The notes: generated from the sequence alone by a model not told the origin. A stretch of DNA of 64,000 nucleotides from an uncultured Gammaproteobacteria bacterium (GCA_964522435.1 CAZFUL010000002.1:44631-108630); one strand, 5' to 3'; shown: positions 1 to 10,565, counted from the stretch's first letter. Numbers and translations: made by a program.

Positions 1-223
1 AACAGATGCCTGTGTTCCTTGTACCATGCCAGATCAACTTCCGCGCGTGAAAGGATTTTCTGATGTGCACCATGACCTTTCGTTTACAGGTCTTTGTAGC
101 GCGTGTAGATAATAGTATATTTTATACTGAGCCTGCCCATATTTCTTTTTCGCCTGTGCTTTTTCAAGAGCAACGGCTCAAAAGTAACATGAGCAGGCTC
201 AGAGAGAAAAAACATATATACAT

Positions 224-958
224 ATGCAACAAGAGTTTATTCAGGTAGATCATATCAATAAAACATACGGAGATATTAGCGCGGTAGAAGACGTGAGTTT
301 TTCTATTCCTGCAGGAGAAATTGTTGCGATTGTTGGACCAAACGGATCGGGAAAATCCACCTTAGTAAAAATGATGGCTGGACTCATTACGCCAACAAGT
401 GGCACAATTACGATTGATGGAAAACCTCCGGCACAAGCGAGAAAAAAACTCGCCTATGTGCCGCAGCACTTTTCTTTTGATAAAACATTGCCTATTACCA
501 TAAAAGAGTTTTTACTCATTGCTCTTGAAACAGAAACAGAGACACCAGCACATACCCGTGTCATAAATGCACTATCCTTTGTTGGCTTAACTGATCAGAT
601 AGATAAACAGTTAGGCACGCTCTCTGGAGGACAGTTGCAACGGGTACTCATTGCCCGTGCTATTTTAGAAAAAAAACAATTGTTGATTCTTGATGAACCA
701 TCAAGTGGCATTGATGTATCAGCAGAACAAGAAATTCATCTATTGCTTAAAGCTATGAATGTTGAATATGGGACAACGATTGTAATTATTTCGCATGAAC
801 TTGATTTTGTGAGTTCTTTTGCACACAGTGTGCTTTGTTTAAATAAACAAAAAGTGTGTTATGGCGCGGTCGTAGATATGCTTACTAATCCAGAAATTTT
901 GCATAAATTATATGGAACTGTTGTGCCAATGAGCCAACACAAACATGACCATATTTAA
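224..958 (+). CDS. znuC: Metal (Zn/Mn) ABC transporter ATP-binding protein, ZnuC-like
   Basis: Walker A GPNGSGKST, ABC signature LSGGQLQRV, Walker B LILDEP. Followed by a ZnuB-like permease and a convergent ZnuA-like binding protein. Confidence 0.8.
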   Translation: MQQEFIQVDHINKTYGDISAVEDVSFSIPAGEIVAIVGPNGSGKSTLVKMMAGLITPTSGTITIDGKPPAQARKKLAYVPQHFSFDKTLPITIKEFLLIALETETETPAHTRVINALSFVGLTDQIDKQLGTLSGGQLQRVLIARAILEKKQLLILDEPSSGIDVSAEQEIHLLLKAMNVEYGTTIVIISHELDFVSSFAHSVLCLNKQKVCYGAVVDMLTNPEILHKLYGTVVPMSQHKHDHI

Positions 959-966
959 TATTTTTT

Positions 967-1761
967 ATGATTGAATTACTTCAATTTCCTTTTATTCAAC
1001 GGGCACTTATTGGAGGCAGTATTATTGCGTTGTTGCTTGGTTGGATGGGAGTCTATGTGACCAGTAAACAAATGAGTTTTGTGGGTGAAGGGGTCGCGCA
1101 TGCCTCTCTTGCGGCTATTGCTTTGGCATTATTATTAGGCATACCACCACTGCCCACTGCGATTATCTTTAGTATCTTCTTAGGGATGGTGATGTTTTAT
1201 GTAGAAAAAAAATCAACTGTTTCTCGAGATACGGCTATTGGGATTGTTTTTTCTTTTGGGGTAGCCATAGGGATTATATTATTACAATTTTATGATGGCT
1301 ATGTTCCCGAGTTAATGAGTTTTTTGTTTGGAAATATTTTAACCGTGAGTACGCTCGATCTGGGTATTATGGCCGGAGTCACCGCAATGGTGGGAATGCT
1401 GTTGTATATATACCGAAGACAATTTTTGTTTAGTACGGTTGATCCAGAAGGGGCATATTTAAGTGGCATTCATCGAGATTTTTTTGAACTACTTATGTAT
1501 GTGATTACTGCCGTTTCTGTTGTGGTGAGTGTGAAAATGATTGGTATTGTTCTTGTGACGGCCTTATTAGTTATTCCGGCAGCAATTATGCGTTCGTTTT
1601 CTCGTTCATTTCGCTCGTTTGTTGTTGGAACAATGATATGTAGTTTTCTTATTGTGGAATTAGGATTATTTCTTTCTTTTTTTCTGGATTGGCCATCGGG
1701 CGCTACGATTGTTTGCGTTGGATCACTGATATTTTTACTCACTCGTTTTATAAAAAAATAA
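967..1761 (+). CDS. znuB: Metal ABC transporter permease, ZnuB-like
   Basis: 264-aa polytopic membrane protein directly downstream of znuC. Typical ABC-3 permease hydrophobicity. Confidence 0.7.
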   Translation: MIELLQFPFIQRALIGGSIIALLLGWMGVYVTSKQMSFVGEGVAHASLAAIALALLLGIPPLPTAIIFSIFLGMVMFYVEKKSTVSRDTAIGIVFSFGVAIGIILLQFYDGYVPELMSFLFGNILTVSTLDLGIMAGVTAMVGMLLYIYRRQFLFSTVDPEGAYLSGIHRDFFELLMYVITAVSVVVSVKMIGIVLVTALLVIPAAIMRSFSRSFRSFVVGTMICSFLIVELGLFLSFFLDWPSGATIVCVGSLIFLLTRFIKK

Positions 1762-1786
1762 GCAGGAGTACCTGCTTATTTTTTTT
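1760..1786. terminator. Bidirectional rho-independent terminator between znuB and the ZnuA-like gene
   Basis: Stem AAGCAGG / CCTGCTT with loop AGTA. A-run on the 5' side and T-run on the 3' side. Confidence 0.6.
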
Positions 1787-2699
1787 GAAGGATCGCTTCT
1801 ACATTATAGTTGATAAGATCAATATACGTTTCTGTTTCTTTTGATCCACCTAAGGGATCAAGCACGCCAATCGTAATATTATAATCATCTGCAAAGCGGG
1901 TAAGCACGCTAGAGGAGAGTTGTGGCTCACGATACACGCGGGTAACGTTGTGTTCTTCTATAATACTCTGTAACTCTTGCAAATATTGTGCGGTTGGTTC
2001 TTTTCCTGCAAATGGTTCCACTGTTGCTACAACGTTGATATTAAAATGATCAGCAAAGTAGGCAAAGGCGTTATGAAAGGTGATGATATTTTTATCCTCA
2101 AGCGTAGCAAGTTGTTCAGTCCAGATAGCGTCTTGTTCTTGTATACGTTGTTTTAATGCACTTGCCCGTTCACTATAAAGCGTTGCGTTATCCGGATCAT
2201 TTCCTGCAATATAGTTACTCATCGTATCAATAATGATAATCATGTTATTTGGATCAAGCCAGTAATGCGGGTCATAGGCTCCTGTTTCTTCTTCATGATG
2301 AGTTGCGTTATGGTCTTCCTCATGGTCATCATGATGGGTATATTCTTTAAGAGGAATACGTAGGTCGACCGTAATTTTTTGTGCGCTATCAATTTGTGGC
2401 ATGATAGCATCAACCCAGTTATCTAGCTCTTGTCCTATAGCAAATATAATATCAGCGCCTTGTGCTTTTTTAATTGTCGTACTTTTTGGCTCATACAAGT
2501 GTTCGCTTACCCCTGCAGGTAATAAAAGGACAACGTCTGTTTCATTTCCTGCAATAGTTTTTGCGACATCATAAAGGGGGTAAATAGTTGTTGCTACTTT
2601 TGGTTTTTGGGCGATAGGGCCACGGGGTTGTTGTATGATGGCATAATAGATTCCTGTGACGATGAGTACAATAATAAGTAAGGGGAGGTATTTTTTCAT
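1776..2699 (-). CDS. znuA: Periplasmic metal-binding lipoprotein, ZnuA/TroA-like, with His-rich loop
   Basis: Start trimmed to MKKYLPLLIIVLIV, a signal/lipobox-like N-terminus. The longer ORF overlaps the upstream MFS gene. His/Asp/Glu-rich loop HHDDHEEDHNATHHEEE is typical of Zn-binding ZnuA. Confidence 0.7.
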   Translation of the reverse strand: MKKYLPLLIIVLIVTGIYYAIIQQPRGPIAQKPKVATTIYPLYDVAKTIAGNETDVVLLLPAGVSEHLYEPKSTTIKKAQGADIIFAIGQELDNWVDAIMPQIDSAQKITVDLRIPLKEYTHHDDHEEDHNATHHEEETGAYDPHYWLDPNNMIIIIDTMSNYIAGNDPDNATLYSERASALKQRIQEQDAIWTEQLATLEDKNIITFHNAFAYFADHFNINVVATVEPFAGKEPTAQYLQELQSIIEEHNVTRVYREPQLSSSVLTRFADDYNITIGVLDPLGGSKETETYIDLINYNVEAILQKK

Positions 2700-2766
2700 A
2701 GAATAAAAAGATGTAATATATAAAGGGTAAGAGTATTGTAGTGCAACACGGTTGCATTTGTCAAGC

Positions 2767-3984
2767 CTATGTATTGGGGGAGGCAATTTGAGCTCCTTTA
2801 GGCATGCGGAAAAAAACAATCGTAATAATACACAGCAAGGAAGCAAGCATATACGGGTAGAGCATACTTTTTGTAATAAGGAGTGCCGCAATAAGCATAA
2901 TAGGAACTTCAAGGATACTTTTACATATATTAGTTAACGATAAACTCGTTGCTCTATTAAACGATTTCATTTTTTTATTAAGGTATGTGCTATACAGCGG
3001 GTTGCGTGTATTTTCTAGCATGGCAAAAAAAATAAAACAGCTGTAGAGAATATAGGGATTGGGTAATAACCATGCAAAGAGTAAAAAAAATACGGTCATG
3101 AGGGTTGTCATAGCGGTCATTCTATTGATTGTTTTTTCTAATGGTAACGAAATACGGGGAAGAATGTATCGAGAAATAATGTATGATCCTAATTGCATAA
3201 GTGACCAACCTATGCCAATAGCTAAGAGAGATATTCCCAGACTGCTGTAATACACTTGGGAATATTGCCACACCATAAGAGAGGCAATAAAAGGGAGCAG
3301 ACGATTAATAATTGCGTAGAGTATCTCATGATCTTTTTTTATGAGAATAACGGCATCATGAAGAATACCAGCGTTTTGTTCTTCGATATCGTGAGTATGT
3401 TGTGGTTCCGTAAGACGGAGGCTAAATATTGCTGCAATAAGGGTGAAACATATATCGAGAACAATGATGAGTTGAAATTGCCATTCTAATAAATCTTTTG
3501 CTAAAAGAACAGCGATGATAGGGGTGATAATTTTAAAAAATCGTTTAGCAGAATAATAATGAGATAAATGTTTTAATCCATGAGAACCGTCTTCGCCTAA
3601 TTCTTTGGCACTATCATAGAGCAATGCCTCATCTGTTCCAGACATCATCGCAACGTTAATACCATATAAGGCTGCCCCAATAGCAAAGATGATAAAAGAA
3701 TCAGCAAAAAAATAGAATACCCAATACAATAGGCCTAAGATAACTCCCAACATGATTGTTTTTTTTCTTCCCCAACGATCGGCGAGATAGCTCGAGGGTA
3801 CTTCGGTGAGTGTATTTGCAATAGCCCAAATTATTCCTAGGTATAGTATCTCAGATAACGAAAGTCCTCTGTGGAGATAAAATAATGAAGAAATTGCACC
3901 AAATAACCGGGCATTCATACATGCTTGGATCCAAAAGGTATAGGAGACATTCTTGCGTAACCCCTGAGCGCGTACGGCATCCAT
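2767..3984 (-). CDS. MFS transporter
   Basis: 405 aa, 12-TM-like hydrophobicity. MFS motif region LADRWGRKKTIMLG. Confidence 0.65.
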   Translation of the reverse strand: MDAVRAQGLRKNVSYTFWIQACMNARLFGAISSLFYLHRGLSLSEILYLGIIWAIANTLTEVPSSYLADRWGRKKTIMLGVILGLLYWVFYFFADSFIIFAIGAALYGINVAMMSGTDEALLYDSAKELGEDGSHGLKHLSHYYSAKRFFKIITPIIAVLLAKDLLEWQFQLIIVLDICFTLIAAIFSLRLTEPQHTHDIEEQNAGILHDAVILIKKDHEILYAIINRLLPFIASLMVWQYSQVYYSSLGISLLAIGIGWSLMQLGSYIISRYILPRISLPLEKTINRMTAMTTLMTVFFLLFAWLLPNPYILYSCFIFFAMLENTRNPLYSTYLNKKMKSFNRATSLSLTNICKSILEVPIMLIAALLITKSMLYPYMLASLLCIITIVFFRMPKGAQIASPNT

Positions 3985-3987
3985 AGA

Positions 3988-5370
3988 TTATAAGAAAAAT
4001 TTATCAGCAATAGTATAGATACTGAATATGCCAAAGATGATAAAAATAATCAAGAGAATTGCTTTTCGCCAAAGTTTTGCCTGTACTTCTTTTGGCAGTT
4101 GATGATGATTCATCCAATTTACTAATCCTACATGAACAAACATGGCAACGGCATTAATGATTGCTCCAAGCGTAATAAGAAACCGTGGTTCAGAAATATT
4201 TAATATAAATAACATACAGCCAAATGCAATTTGTGACCAAAGAAAGATATAGTACAGACGAGAAAGATTTACTGTTGGGGTTTGTTGTTTTTCTATTTTT
4301 TTGATAGCCGCATTTTCTGCCATGATGCGACTGGTAGAATCGAGAATTCCCAGTTGTGTTTGAAATAACATGATCATGACCGCGATTAAAAACAGGAGAC
4401 CCACAAAGGGGTGAATGTGTTCTGCGATCATGGCGCCTTCTGCTAACACAAATTGAATGCCTTGCCCCGTCGTGTTTTTGCCATAGGTCGTTGCATAGGA
4501 CAACAGCATAAGTAAGAGCATCGCAACGGCACCCATAAACCAAAAGACAATGAGATGTTCTATATTCACCCGTCTCCACCACACATGAAAGCGAGACAGA
4601 TTTTCTTTGTTGATAGAAAACGTTTTTCCACTCAGTTTTATTTGCTGTGCTTCTTTGCTTCTAAATAAGCCAGAGATTTTTTGTGCATAGGCACCCATGC
4701 CATAGCCTTTTTCTTTAATATAAATAGATTGGGTTAAATTCAAATTGCCTCCTGCTCCAGAATAGGCAAAGGCGGCAAAAAAAGAGGCAAAAGCAATACC
4801 TTCTGGCAGCCAGCGGTATCCGTCTCCATAGCCCAGTAATCCACTACCAAGCGCGGCCCAGTCAGCACCGCTTACAATAATAAGCGCAAGAATAAAAATA
4901 AACGGTACCGCAATAAAAATAATGGTCTGTGTTGTTTTTTCCATGAAATTATAGACGGTTTTTCCTAAACTGAGCATAAGTCCCATAGCAACAAGCATAA
5001 GAATCGCGAGGAAGCGATAATCTTGTATGTGCAAAAGTGACCCAAGCACTTGCGCAGACGCAGCGACAATACCAGGTAAGCCAAAGCCTATAAAAGTAGA
5101 AAGAATAAACCAGTAGGGGGCCAGGCGCCATTGTTTTGCTAAACCAACAAACACACTTTCTCCTTTTACCAGGGCATAGCGTTCAATTTCCATATTCATG
5201 AAAAATTGAAAAGTAATACCCAGTACCGCCCCCCAAGCAATGCCAAGCCCAACGGTTGAGGCTAAATAGGGCCATAAAATAACTTCGCCAGAACCAAGTC
5301 CTAAGGCCAAAATAATAAAACTCGGGCCAAGGAGTTTTTTTAGGGAGAGTGGGGGAGGGAGGGGATTCAT
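3988..5370 (-). CDS. mntH: NRAMP-family divalent metal (Mn2+/Fe2+) transporter, MntH-like
   Basis: About 460-aa polytopic protein. N-terminal LGPSFIILALGLGSGEV and overall NRAMP-like architecture. Start moved to the ATG at MNPLPPP, because the upstream start is TTG. Confidence 0.55.
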   Translation of the reverse strand: MNPLPPPLSLKKLLGPSFIILALGLGSGEVILWPYLASTVGLGIAWGAVLGITFQFFMNMEIERYALVKGESVFVGLAKQWRLAPYWFILSTFIGFGLPGIVAASAQVLGSLLHIQDYRFLAILMLVAMGLMLSLGKTVYNFMEKTTQTIIFIAVPFIFILALIIVSGADWAALGSGLLGYGDGYRWLPEGIAFASFFAAFAYSGAGGNLNLTQSIYIKEKGYGMGAYAQKISGLFRSKEAQQIKLSGKTFSINKENLSRFHVWWRRVNIEHLIVFWFMGAVAMLLLMLLSYATTYGKNTTGQGIQFVLAEGAMIAEHIHPFVGLLFLIAVMIMLFQTQLGILDSTSRIMAENAAIKKIEKQQTPTVNLSRLYYIFLWSQIAFGCMLFILNISEPRFLITLGAIINAVAMFVHVGLVNWMNHHQLPKEVQAKLWRKAILLIIFIIFGIFSIYTIADKFFL

Positions 5371-5392
5371 ATTGAGTATATAAATAGTTGAC

Positions 5393-5404
5393 AACAAGCT
5401 TGTT
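5393..5404. promoter_or_regulatory. Perfect 12-bp palindrome AACAAGCTTGTT in the mntH upstream region. Candidate metalloregulator operator
   Basis: Perfect dyad immediately 3' of a TTGACA box. Flanked by a 10-bp inverted repeat, AGTTGACAAC at 5385-5394 and GTTGTCAACT at 5436-5445. Confidence 0.35.
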
Positions 5405-5468
5405 TATATTCTAGCATACTTTGTCCTTTGGGCCATCTCTGGTTGTCAACTCTATTTTAGAGGGAAAC

Positions 5469-5690
5469 ATGACACAAGACGATTTTCAAAAAAAGTTGGA
5501 CGATCTCAAAAAAAAAGGGTTTACAGATGCGGTCATTTGTCTGACTCAAACATCGATCCATCGAGTTCCTATCTACACTATTCGAGTACGACCAGGGGTA
5601 GTTATCTACCGAGACATCAACATGTCTTTTGGGTCGCAGATCACTATGGCGTATGAAGAAATCATAGATCTGAAAGGATTCAAGTCGTAG
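5469..5690 (+). CDS. Small hypothetical protein (73 aa)
   Basis: GAGGGAAA ribosome-binding site 7 nt upstream of the ATG. Own terminator downstream. No recognisable family. Confidence 0.35.
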   Translation: MTQDDFQKKLDDLKKKGFTDAVICLTQTSIHRVPIYTIRVRPGVVIYRDINMSFGSQITMAYEEIIDLKGFKS

Positions 5691-5751
5691 GGAGTAGCCT
5701 TCCGTGTTTGTCCCCTCCGTGGCGCAACAAACACGGGGGCAAACACAGTAT

Positions 5752-5773
5752 CACTCATAAAGAGTGTTTTTTT
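5752..5773 (+). terminator. Rho-independent terminator
   Basis: CACTC-ATAAA-GAGTG hairpin followed by TTTTTTTG. Confidence 0.5.
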
Positions 5774-5839
5774 GTTTATGCCAGCGTATAACAGCGCTTG
5801 GTTGCCTCGGCCCCTGAAATAGGCTATCATACTGACACT

Positions 5840-8800
5840 ATGAGCGATTTTGTCCATCTTCACGTCCATTCCCATTATTCTCTTTTAAATGGGTTAACTA
5901 AGGTAAAAGACCTGGTAAAAACCGCGAAAAAACGTGGCTTTACGGCTATTGCCTTAACAGACTATGGCGCATTATATGGTGCCATAGAATTTTATCGTGC
6001 CTGTTTAGAAAACGAAATAAAACCAATTATTGGCTTTGAGGCCGCTATTGCGCCACGATTACATACAGATAAAGACCCTGAAAAAGATAAAGAGATCCAT
6101 AGTTTGGTGTTGTTGGCACAAAATTATGACGGGTATAGAAACTTGATGAAGTTAAGTTCCATTGGTCAAGTTGATGGGTTATTTTTAGATACCGCAAGAA
6201 TTGATAAAACACTGTTGAAAGAATATGGCAATAATATTATTGCCTTATCTGGATCTATGGATGGGGAGATTCCTAGTTTATTGCATAAAGGACATTATGA
6301 TAAAGCACTGCAAGTAGCAAAAGAATACAATACTCTATTTGGCCAGGATAATTTTTATTTAGAATTGCAAGATCATCCAGCAAAAGAAGGGCAGTTAGCG
6401 GTAAATACGCAGTTAATGCAATTATCAAAAGAAACGGGTATTCCGGTGGTAGCCACTCGAGATGTGCATTACTTGAATCCAGAACAAGCAGATGCGCAAG
6501 ATATTATGCGTTGTATTAGTGAAGGCTGGAAAGTGCACTATACCGATAGAGAGGATTATCGTCATATTGATCGTTCACTGAATACGGCTGAAGATATTAG
6601 TTCCCGTTTTCGTCATATCCCTGAAGCAATTCAAAATACTCGTCGTATTGCTGACAGAATACAAATTGATATCAAACTCGATGATTGGCATTTTGCGCCG
6701 GTACCATTGGATCCAGGAAAAACCTATGACGAGATGCTTCGCGATAATGCTTTTTTAGCTGCGCCGAGTTTCTATCCGGACATGGGAGAAGAAGTTGTTA
6801 CGCGGTTGAATTATGAATTAGATATTATTAAAACAAAAAAATATTCTCCCTACTTTTTGTGTGTGGCGGACTTTGTGCGGTATGCAAAAGAACAGGGAAT
6901 TGTAGAATCAACCCGTGGGTCAGCGGCAGGATCCCTTGTATCGTATGTATTAGGAGTGACAACGGTTGACCCGCTTCGTTTTAAGTTACCTTTTGAACGC
7001 TTTTTAAATCCATTTCGTCCTTCTGCTCCAGATATTGATACGGACTTTGCTGATGACCGTAGACAAGACATGATTGAGTATGTGACCAAAAAATATGGCG
7101 TTGATAAAGTGGCACAAATTATTACCTTTGGAACCATGCAAGCCCGTGCCGCTGTTCGGGATGTGGGGCGAGCATTGGGATTTTCGTATAACTTTTGTGA
7201 TCAAGTTGCCAAGTTGATTCCTCCTGGAGCACAAGGCTTTCCCATGACGATTGATCGAGCACTCCAAGAAGAGCCTGATTTAAAAAAATTGTATGATACG
7301 AATCCAGATGTGTCTCGTTTATTAACCTTGGCAAAACAAGTAGAAGGTTGTGCCCGCCATACCTCTATTCATGCGGCTGGGGTGGTGATTTCTCCAACAC
7401 CGCTGACCGATTACACACCAATACAGCGCGAAGTTGGGGGTGACAAAATTGTCACCCAATATGAAATGAAATCAGTCGAAGCTGCTGGCGTATTAAAAAA
7501 TGATTTTTTGGGTATCCGAAATTTATCTATTTTAGGAAATGCGGTTAATATTGTGAAGAAAACAACCGGGGATGATGTTGATATTTATCATCTGCCACTC
7601 GACGATCAAAAAGTGTATGCCATGTTAGCACGGGGAGAAACCATGGGGGTGTTTCAAATGGGAGGCTCTGGTATGACGCGCTGGTTAAAAGAACTGAAAC
7701 CCAACCGTATTGAAGATATTATGGCCATGGTTGCGCTGTATCGCCCAGGGCCAATGGAATCTATTCCAGAATATATTCGACGCAAATATAATCCAGCCTT
7801 AGTAGAATATCCTGATCCTCGTTTGGAAAAAATTCTCGAAGCTTCGTATGGGCTGCTCGTCTATCAAGACGATGTTATGTTAACTGCTATTGAATTAGCA
7901 GGCTACGATTGGATGGAGGCAGATAAATTTAGAAAAGCCATGGGAAAAAAGATTCCAGAAGAAATGGCAAAACAAAAAATACAATTTTACCAAGGATGTA
8001 AAACACATGGAAAATTAAAACAAGAAACCATTGATGCACTCTGGAGAGCCATTGAACCATTTGCTGCCTATGGGTTTAATAAAGCACATGCCGCAAGTTA
8101 TGGTATTGTTGCCTATCAAACTGCCTATATGAAAGCGCATTATCCGGTACAGTTTATGACCGCGGTATTGCAAGCAGAATCTGGCGATAATGATAAAGTG
8201 GCTGCGATTGTTGCGGAGTGTCGTCGTATGCATATTGATGTGCGTCCGCCAGATGTGAACGAAAGTTTTAAAAGTTTTGCCATGACCTCTGCACAAGGGG
8301 AGCCTGGTGTTATTCGGTTTGGATTAATGGCGATTAAAAATGTGGGTGAACATATTTGTGAAACTATTTATCGAGAAAGAAAACAAGGCGGCGCGTTTAC
8401 GAGTCTGGAAAACTTTTTAGAACGGATTCAGGATAAAGACATGAACAAACGCTCATTAGAGCATTTAATTAAGTCTGGTGCGCTTGACTGTTTTTCAGAA
8501 GATCGTGGCGTCTTATTATCTAATTTAGAGCACTTGTTATTTTTTAACAAGCAAGTGAAAGAAGCAAGCACGAGTAATCAAGGGTCATTATTTGCGGGTA
8601 CCTCAATGGCATTGGATCATAAGGTGGTGTTAAAACCGGCTGCAACCGCGACCTTAGAAGAAAAATTATTGTGGGAAAAAGAATTTTTAGGGATCTATGT
8701 GTCTTCTCATCCCTGTTTACCCTTTGAAAAACGATTAAAACAGGTTATTACTTTTTTGCAAGATATTGAATCTAGTCCACGGGATAGTTGGGTGGTGGTG

Positions 8801-9343
8801 ATGGGCGTGGTAGATAGCATTAAAAAGAAAATTACCAAAAAAGGGTCGATTATGCTTTTTGTTACGATTCAAGATACCACCAGTGCAATGGAATTACTTA
8901 TCTTTCCCAAGGTCTATGAAAAAACACAAAGTATTTGGCATGAAGGAAGCATTGTGTGTGTGGTAGGAAAAACGCCAAAAGAAGAGGGAGATAATAAAAT
9001 CTTTGCAGAAAATGTTCATCCTATCAACAAAGAGAGTATTGATCGGGTCGCTTCTCAATTGTTATTGGGTCAAGGAACGCTCAGTACAAAACAGGCCTCT
9101 TCTCGCGCGAGCACGTCCAAAGAAATTACGGCAGTGATATTAACACTTTCTACCTCAGAGTTAACCCAATATGAAGCTGCCTTAAAACAGTTGTTTAGTG
9201 AACATGGTGGTACTTGCGAGGTGCGCATTCGTGTTGGGAATACCTTAATGCGTTTACCAACAGGAGTGTTGTGGCAGCCAGTATTGAAAGAAGCCTTAGT
9301 TGCTTTGATTGGGCTAAACAATATTGAAGAAGTGCAGAGTTAA
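5840..9343 (+). CDS. dnaE: DNA polymerase III alpha subunit
   Basis: PHP domain start HLHVHSHYSLLNG. Conserved core and OB-fold regions. About 1167 aa. Start set at MSDFVHLHVHS. Confidence 0.9.
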   Translation: MSDFVHLHVHSHYSLLNGLTKVKDLVKTAKKRGFTAIALTDYGALYGAIEFYRACLENEIKPIIGFEAAIAPRLHTDKDPEKDKEIHSLVLLAQNYDGYRNLMKLSSIGQVDGLFLDTARIDKTLLKEYGNNIIALSGSMDGEIPSLLHKGHYDKALQVAKEYNTLFGQDNFYLELQDHPAKEGQLAVNTQLMQLSKETGIPVVATRDVHYLNPEQADAQDIMRCISEGWKVHYTDREDYRHIDRSLNTAEDISSRFRHIPEAIQNTRRIADRIQIDIKLDDWHFAPVPLDPGKTYDEMLRDNAFLAAPSFYPDMGEEVVTRLNYELDIIKTKKYSPYFLCVADFVRYAKEQGIVESTRGSAAGSLVSYVLGVTTVDPLRFKLPFERFLNPFRPSAPDIDTDFADDRRQDMIEYVTKKYGVDKVAQIITFGTMQARAAVRDVGRALGFSYNFCDQVAKLIPPGAQGFPMTIDRALQEEPDLKKLYDTNPDVSRLLTLAKQVEGCARHTSIHAAGVVISPTPLTDYTPIQREVGGDKIVTQYEMKSVEAAGVLKNDFLGIRNLSILGNAVNIVKKTTGDDVDIYHLPLDDQKVYAMLARGETMGVFQMGGSGMTRWLKELKPNRIEDIMAMVALYRPGPMESIPEYIRRKYNPALVEYPDPRLEKILEASYGLLVYQDDVMLTAIELAGYDWMEADKFRKAMGKKIPEEMAKQKIQFYQGCKTHGKLKQETIDALWRAIEPFAAYGFNKAHAASYGIVAYQTAYMKAHYPVQFMTAVLQAESGDNDKVAAIVAECRRMHIDVRPPDVNESFKSFAMTSAQGEPGVIRFGLMAIKNVGEHICETIYRERKQGGAFTSLENFLERIQDKDMNKRSLEHLIKSGALDCFSEDRGVLLSNLEHLLFFNKQVKEASTSNQGSLFAGTSMALDHKVVLKPAATATLEEKLLWEKEFLGIYVSSHPCLPFEKRLKQVITFLQDIESSPRDSWVVVMGVVDSIKKKITKKGSIMLFVTIQDTTSAMELLIFPKVYEKTQSIWHEGSIVCVVGKTPKEEGDNKIFAENVHPINKESIDRVASQLLLGQGTLSTKQASSRASTSKEITAVILTLSTSELTQYEAALKQLFSEHGGTCEVRIRVGNTLMRLPTGVLWQPVLKEALVALIGLNNIEEVQS

Positions 9344-10389
9344 GAGGCTGGTTGATAGGCTTCGTATACTTTCCAATTAGGAGAGGCAGAGATATGTTGA
9401 AGCGAAGCGGTTGTTTTTTCTTGTGCATAATATGCCGCAACCGCAATCATTGCAGCATTGTCCATACTATATTTTCTCGGACAAAGTCGTAGCGGAACAC
9501 GGAGCGCTGTTTCAAGACCTATGCGTAACTGCATATTTGCACTTACCCCACCGGCAAGTACCACTTGTTTGGGCTGGTATTGTGTAACCGCTCGTATTGT
9601 TTTTTGCACTAATACATCCACAATCGCTTCTTGGGCACTGGCAGCAACATCATATTGTTGTGGCTCTGTAAGTGTATAGCTCTGGTGATGTTTTGTGCCA
9701 TGTTCTTGAAGCCAATACAACACGGCTGTTTTTAATCCCGCAAAACTCATATCATATGTATCCATATCTCGCATGGGACGAGGGAATGCAATTGCCTGTG
9801 GATTTCCTTTTTCGGCTAATCGAGCAATCTGTGGTCCGCCGGGGTATGGGAGGCCCATCATTTTTGCTATTTTATCAAAGGCTTCTCCTGCCGCATCATC
9901 ACGAGTACTGCCAATTTTTTTGTAGTCGCCATGATTGTTCATAAGAAGTAATTCCGTATGGCCACCACTCACCACAAGGCAAAGGGCGGGAAATTGTATG
10001 TTTGCCGTTGGTGCTGCCCCTTGTTCTGGTAATAATACCGAATGAATATGGCCATCAATATGATTTATCGGAATAAGCGGAATGTTCCAGAGATAGGCAA
10101 GAGATTTTGCGGCTTCTATCCCCACTAATAATCCACTCATGAGTCCTGGACCTGCGGTTACGGCAATAGCGTCTGGTGTTTTTTGATCCTGCATAACCGC
10201 AGCAATAACAGGAACAATTTGTTCTGCGTGTTTTCTGCCGGCAATCTCAGGAATAACCCCACCGTATTGTTGATGAATATCAATTTGGCTAAAGGTTTTT
10301 TCACTGATCACCTGAATGTGAGTATCGCTTATGTCAATCAGGGCGGCAGACGTGTCATCGCAAGATGATTCAATACCAAGGATACGCAT
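9340..10389 (-). CDS. tsaD: tRNA N6-adenosine threonylcarbamoyltransferase TsaD (Kae1/YgjD)
   Basis: N-terminus MRILGIESSCDDTSAAL. Motifs HIDGHIHS and GGVSAN. Start trimmed to MRILGIE. Confidence 0.85.
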   Translation of the reverse strand: MRILGIESSCDDTSAALIDISDTHIQVISEKTFSQIDIHQQYGGVIPEIAGRKHAEQIVPVIAAVMQDQKTPDAIAVTAGPGLMSGLLVGIEAAKSLAYLWNIPLIPINHIDGHIHSVLLPEQGAAPTANIQFPALCLVVSGGHTELLLMNNHGDYKKIGSTRDDAAGEAFDKIAKMMGLPYPGGPQIARLAEKGNPQAIAFPRPMRDMDTYDMSFAGLKTAVLYWLQEHGTKHHQSYTLTEPQQYDVAASAQEAIVDVLVQKTIRAVTQYQPKQVVLAGGVSANMQLRIGLETALRVPLRLCPRKYSMDNAAMIAVAAYYAQEKTTASLQHISASPNWKVYEAYQPAS

Positions 10390-10475
10390 AGAAGATATAA
10401 AATAATAACAGTGGTATGGTAACAAAAAAATGGCGGTTAGGCCATTTTTTTAAAACGGCGAGTACCGTTTTTCGT

Positions 10476-10549
10476 TGTATCGCCAGGGGGAATCGAACCC
10501 CCGTTATCGGGATGAAAACCCGATGTCCTAACCACTAGACGATGGCGAC
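10476..10549 (-). tRNA. tRNA-Glu (anticodon UUC)
   Basis: Reverse complement GTCGCCATCGTCTAGTGGTTAGGAC...TTCGATTCCCCCTGGCGAT folds as a cloverleaf. Anticodon loop TTTTCAT gives UUC. Resembles canonical bacterial tRNA-Glu. Confidence 0.8.
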
Positions 10550-10565
10550 ATAGATGAATGCAAAT

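Noticed and set aside
1776-2912. Long form of the minus-strand ORF (378 aa), upstream of the ZnuA-like protein
   Set aside because: The N-terminal 71 codons overlap the MFS gene in another frame and have no coding character. The signal-peptide-like start MKKYLPLL at 2699 is the credible start.
6850-9321. Numerous 60-130 aa ORFs nested inside dnaE, clpB, copA and the S-layer gene on the opposite strand
   Set aside because: They lie fully inside long, well-supported genes on the antisense strand. They lack start-site signals and show no family resemblance.
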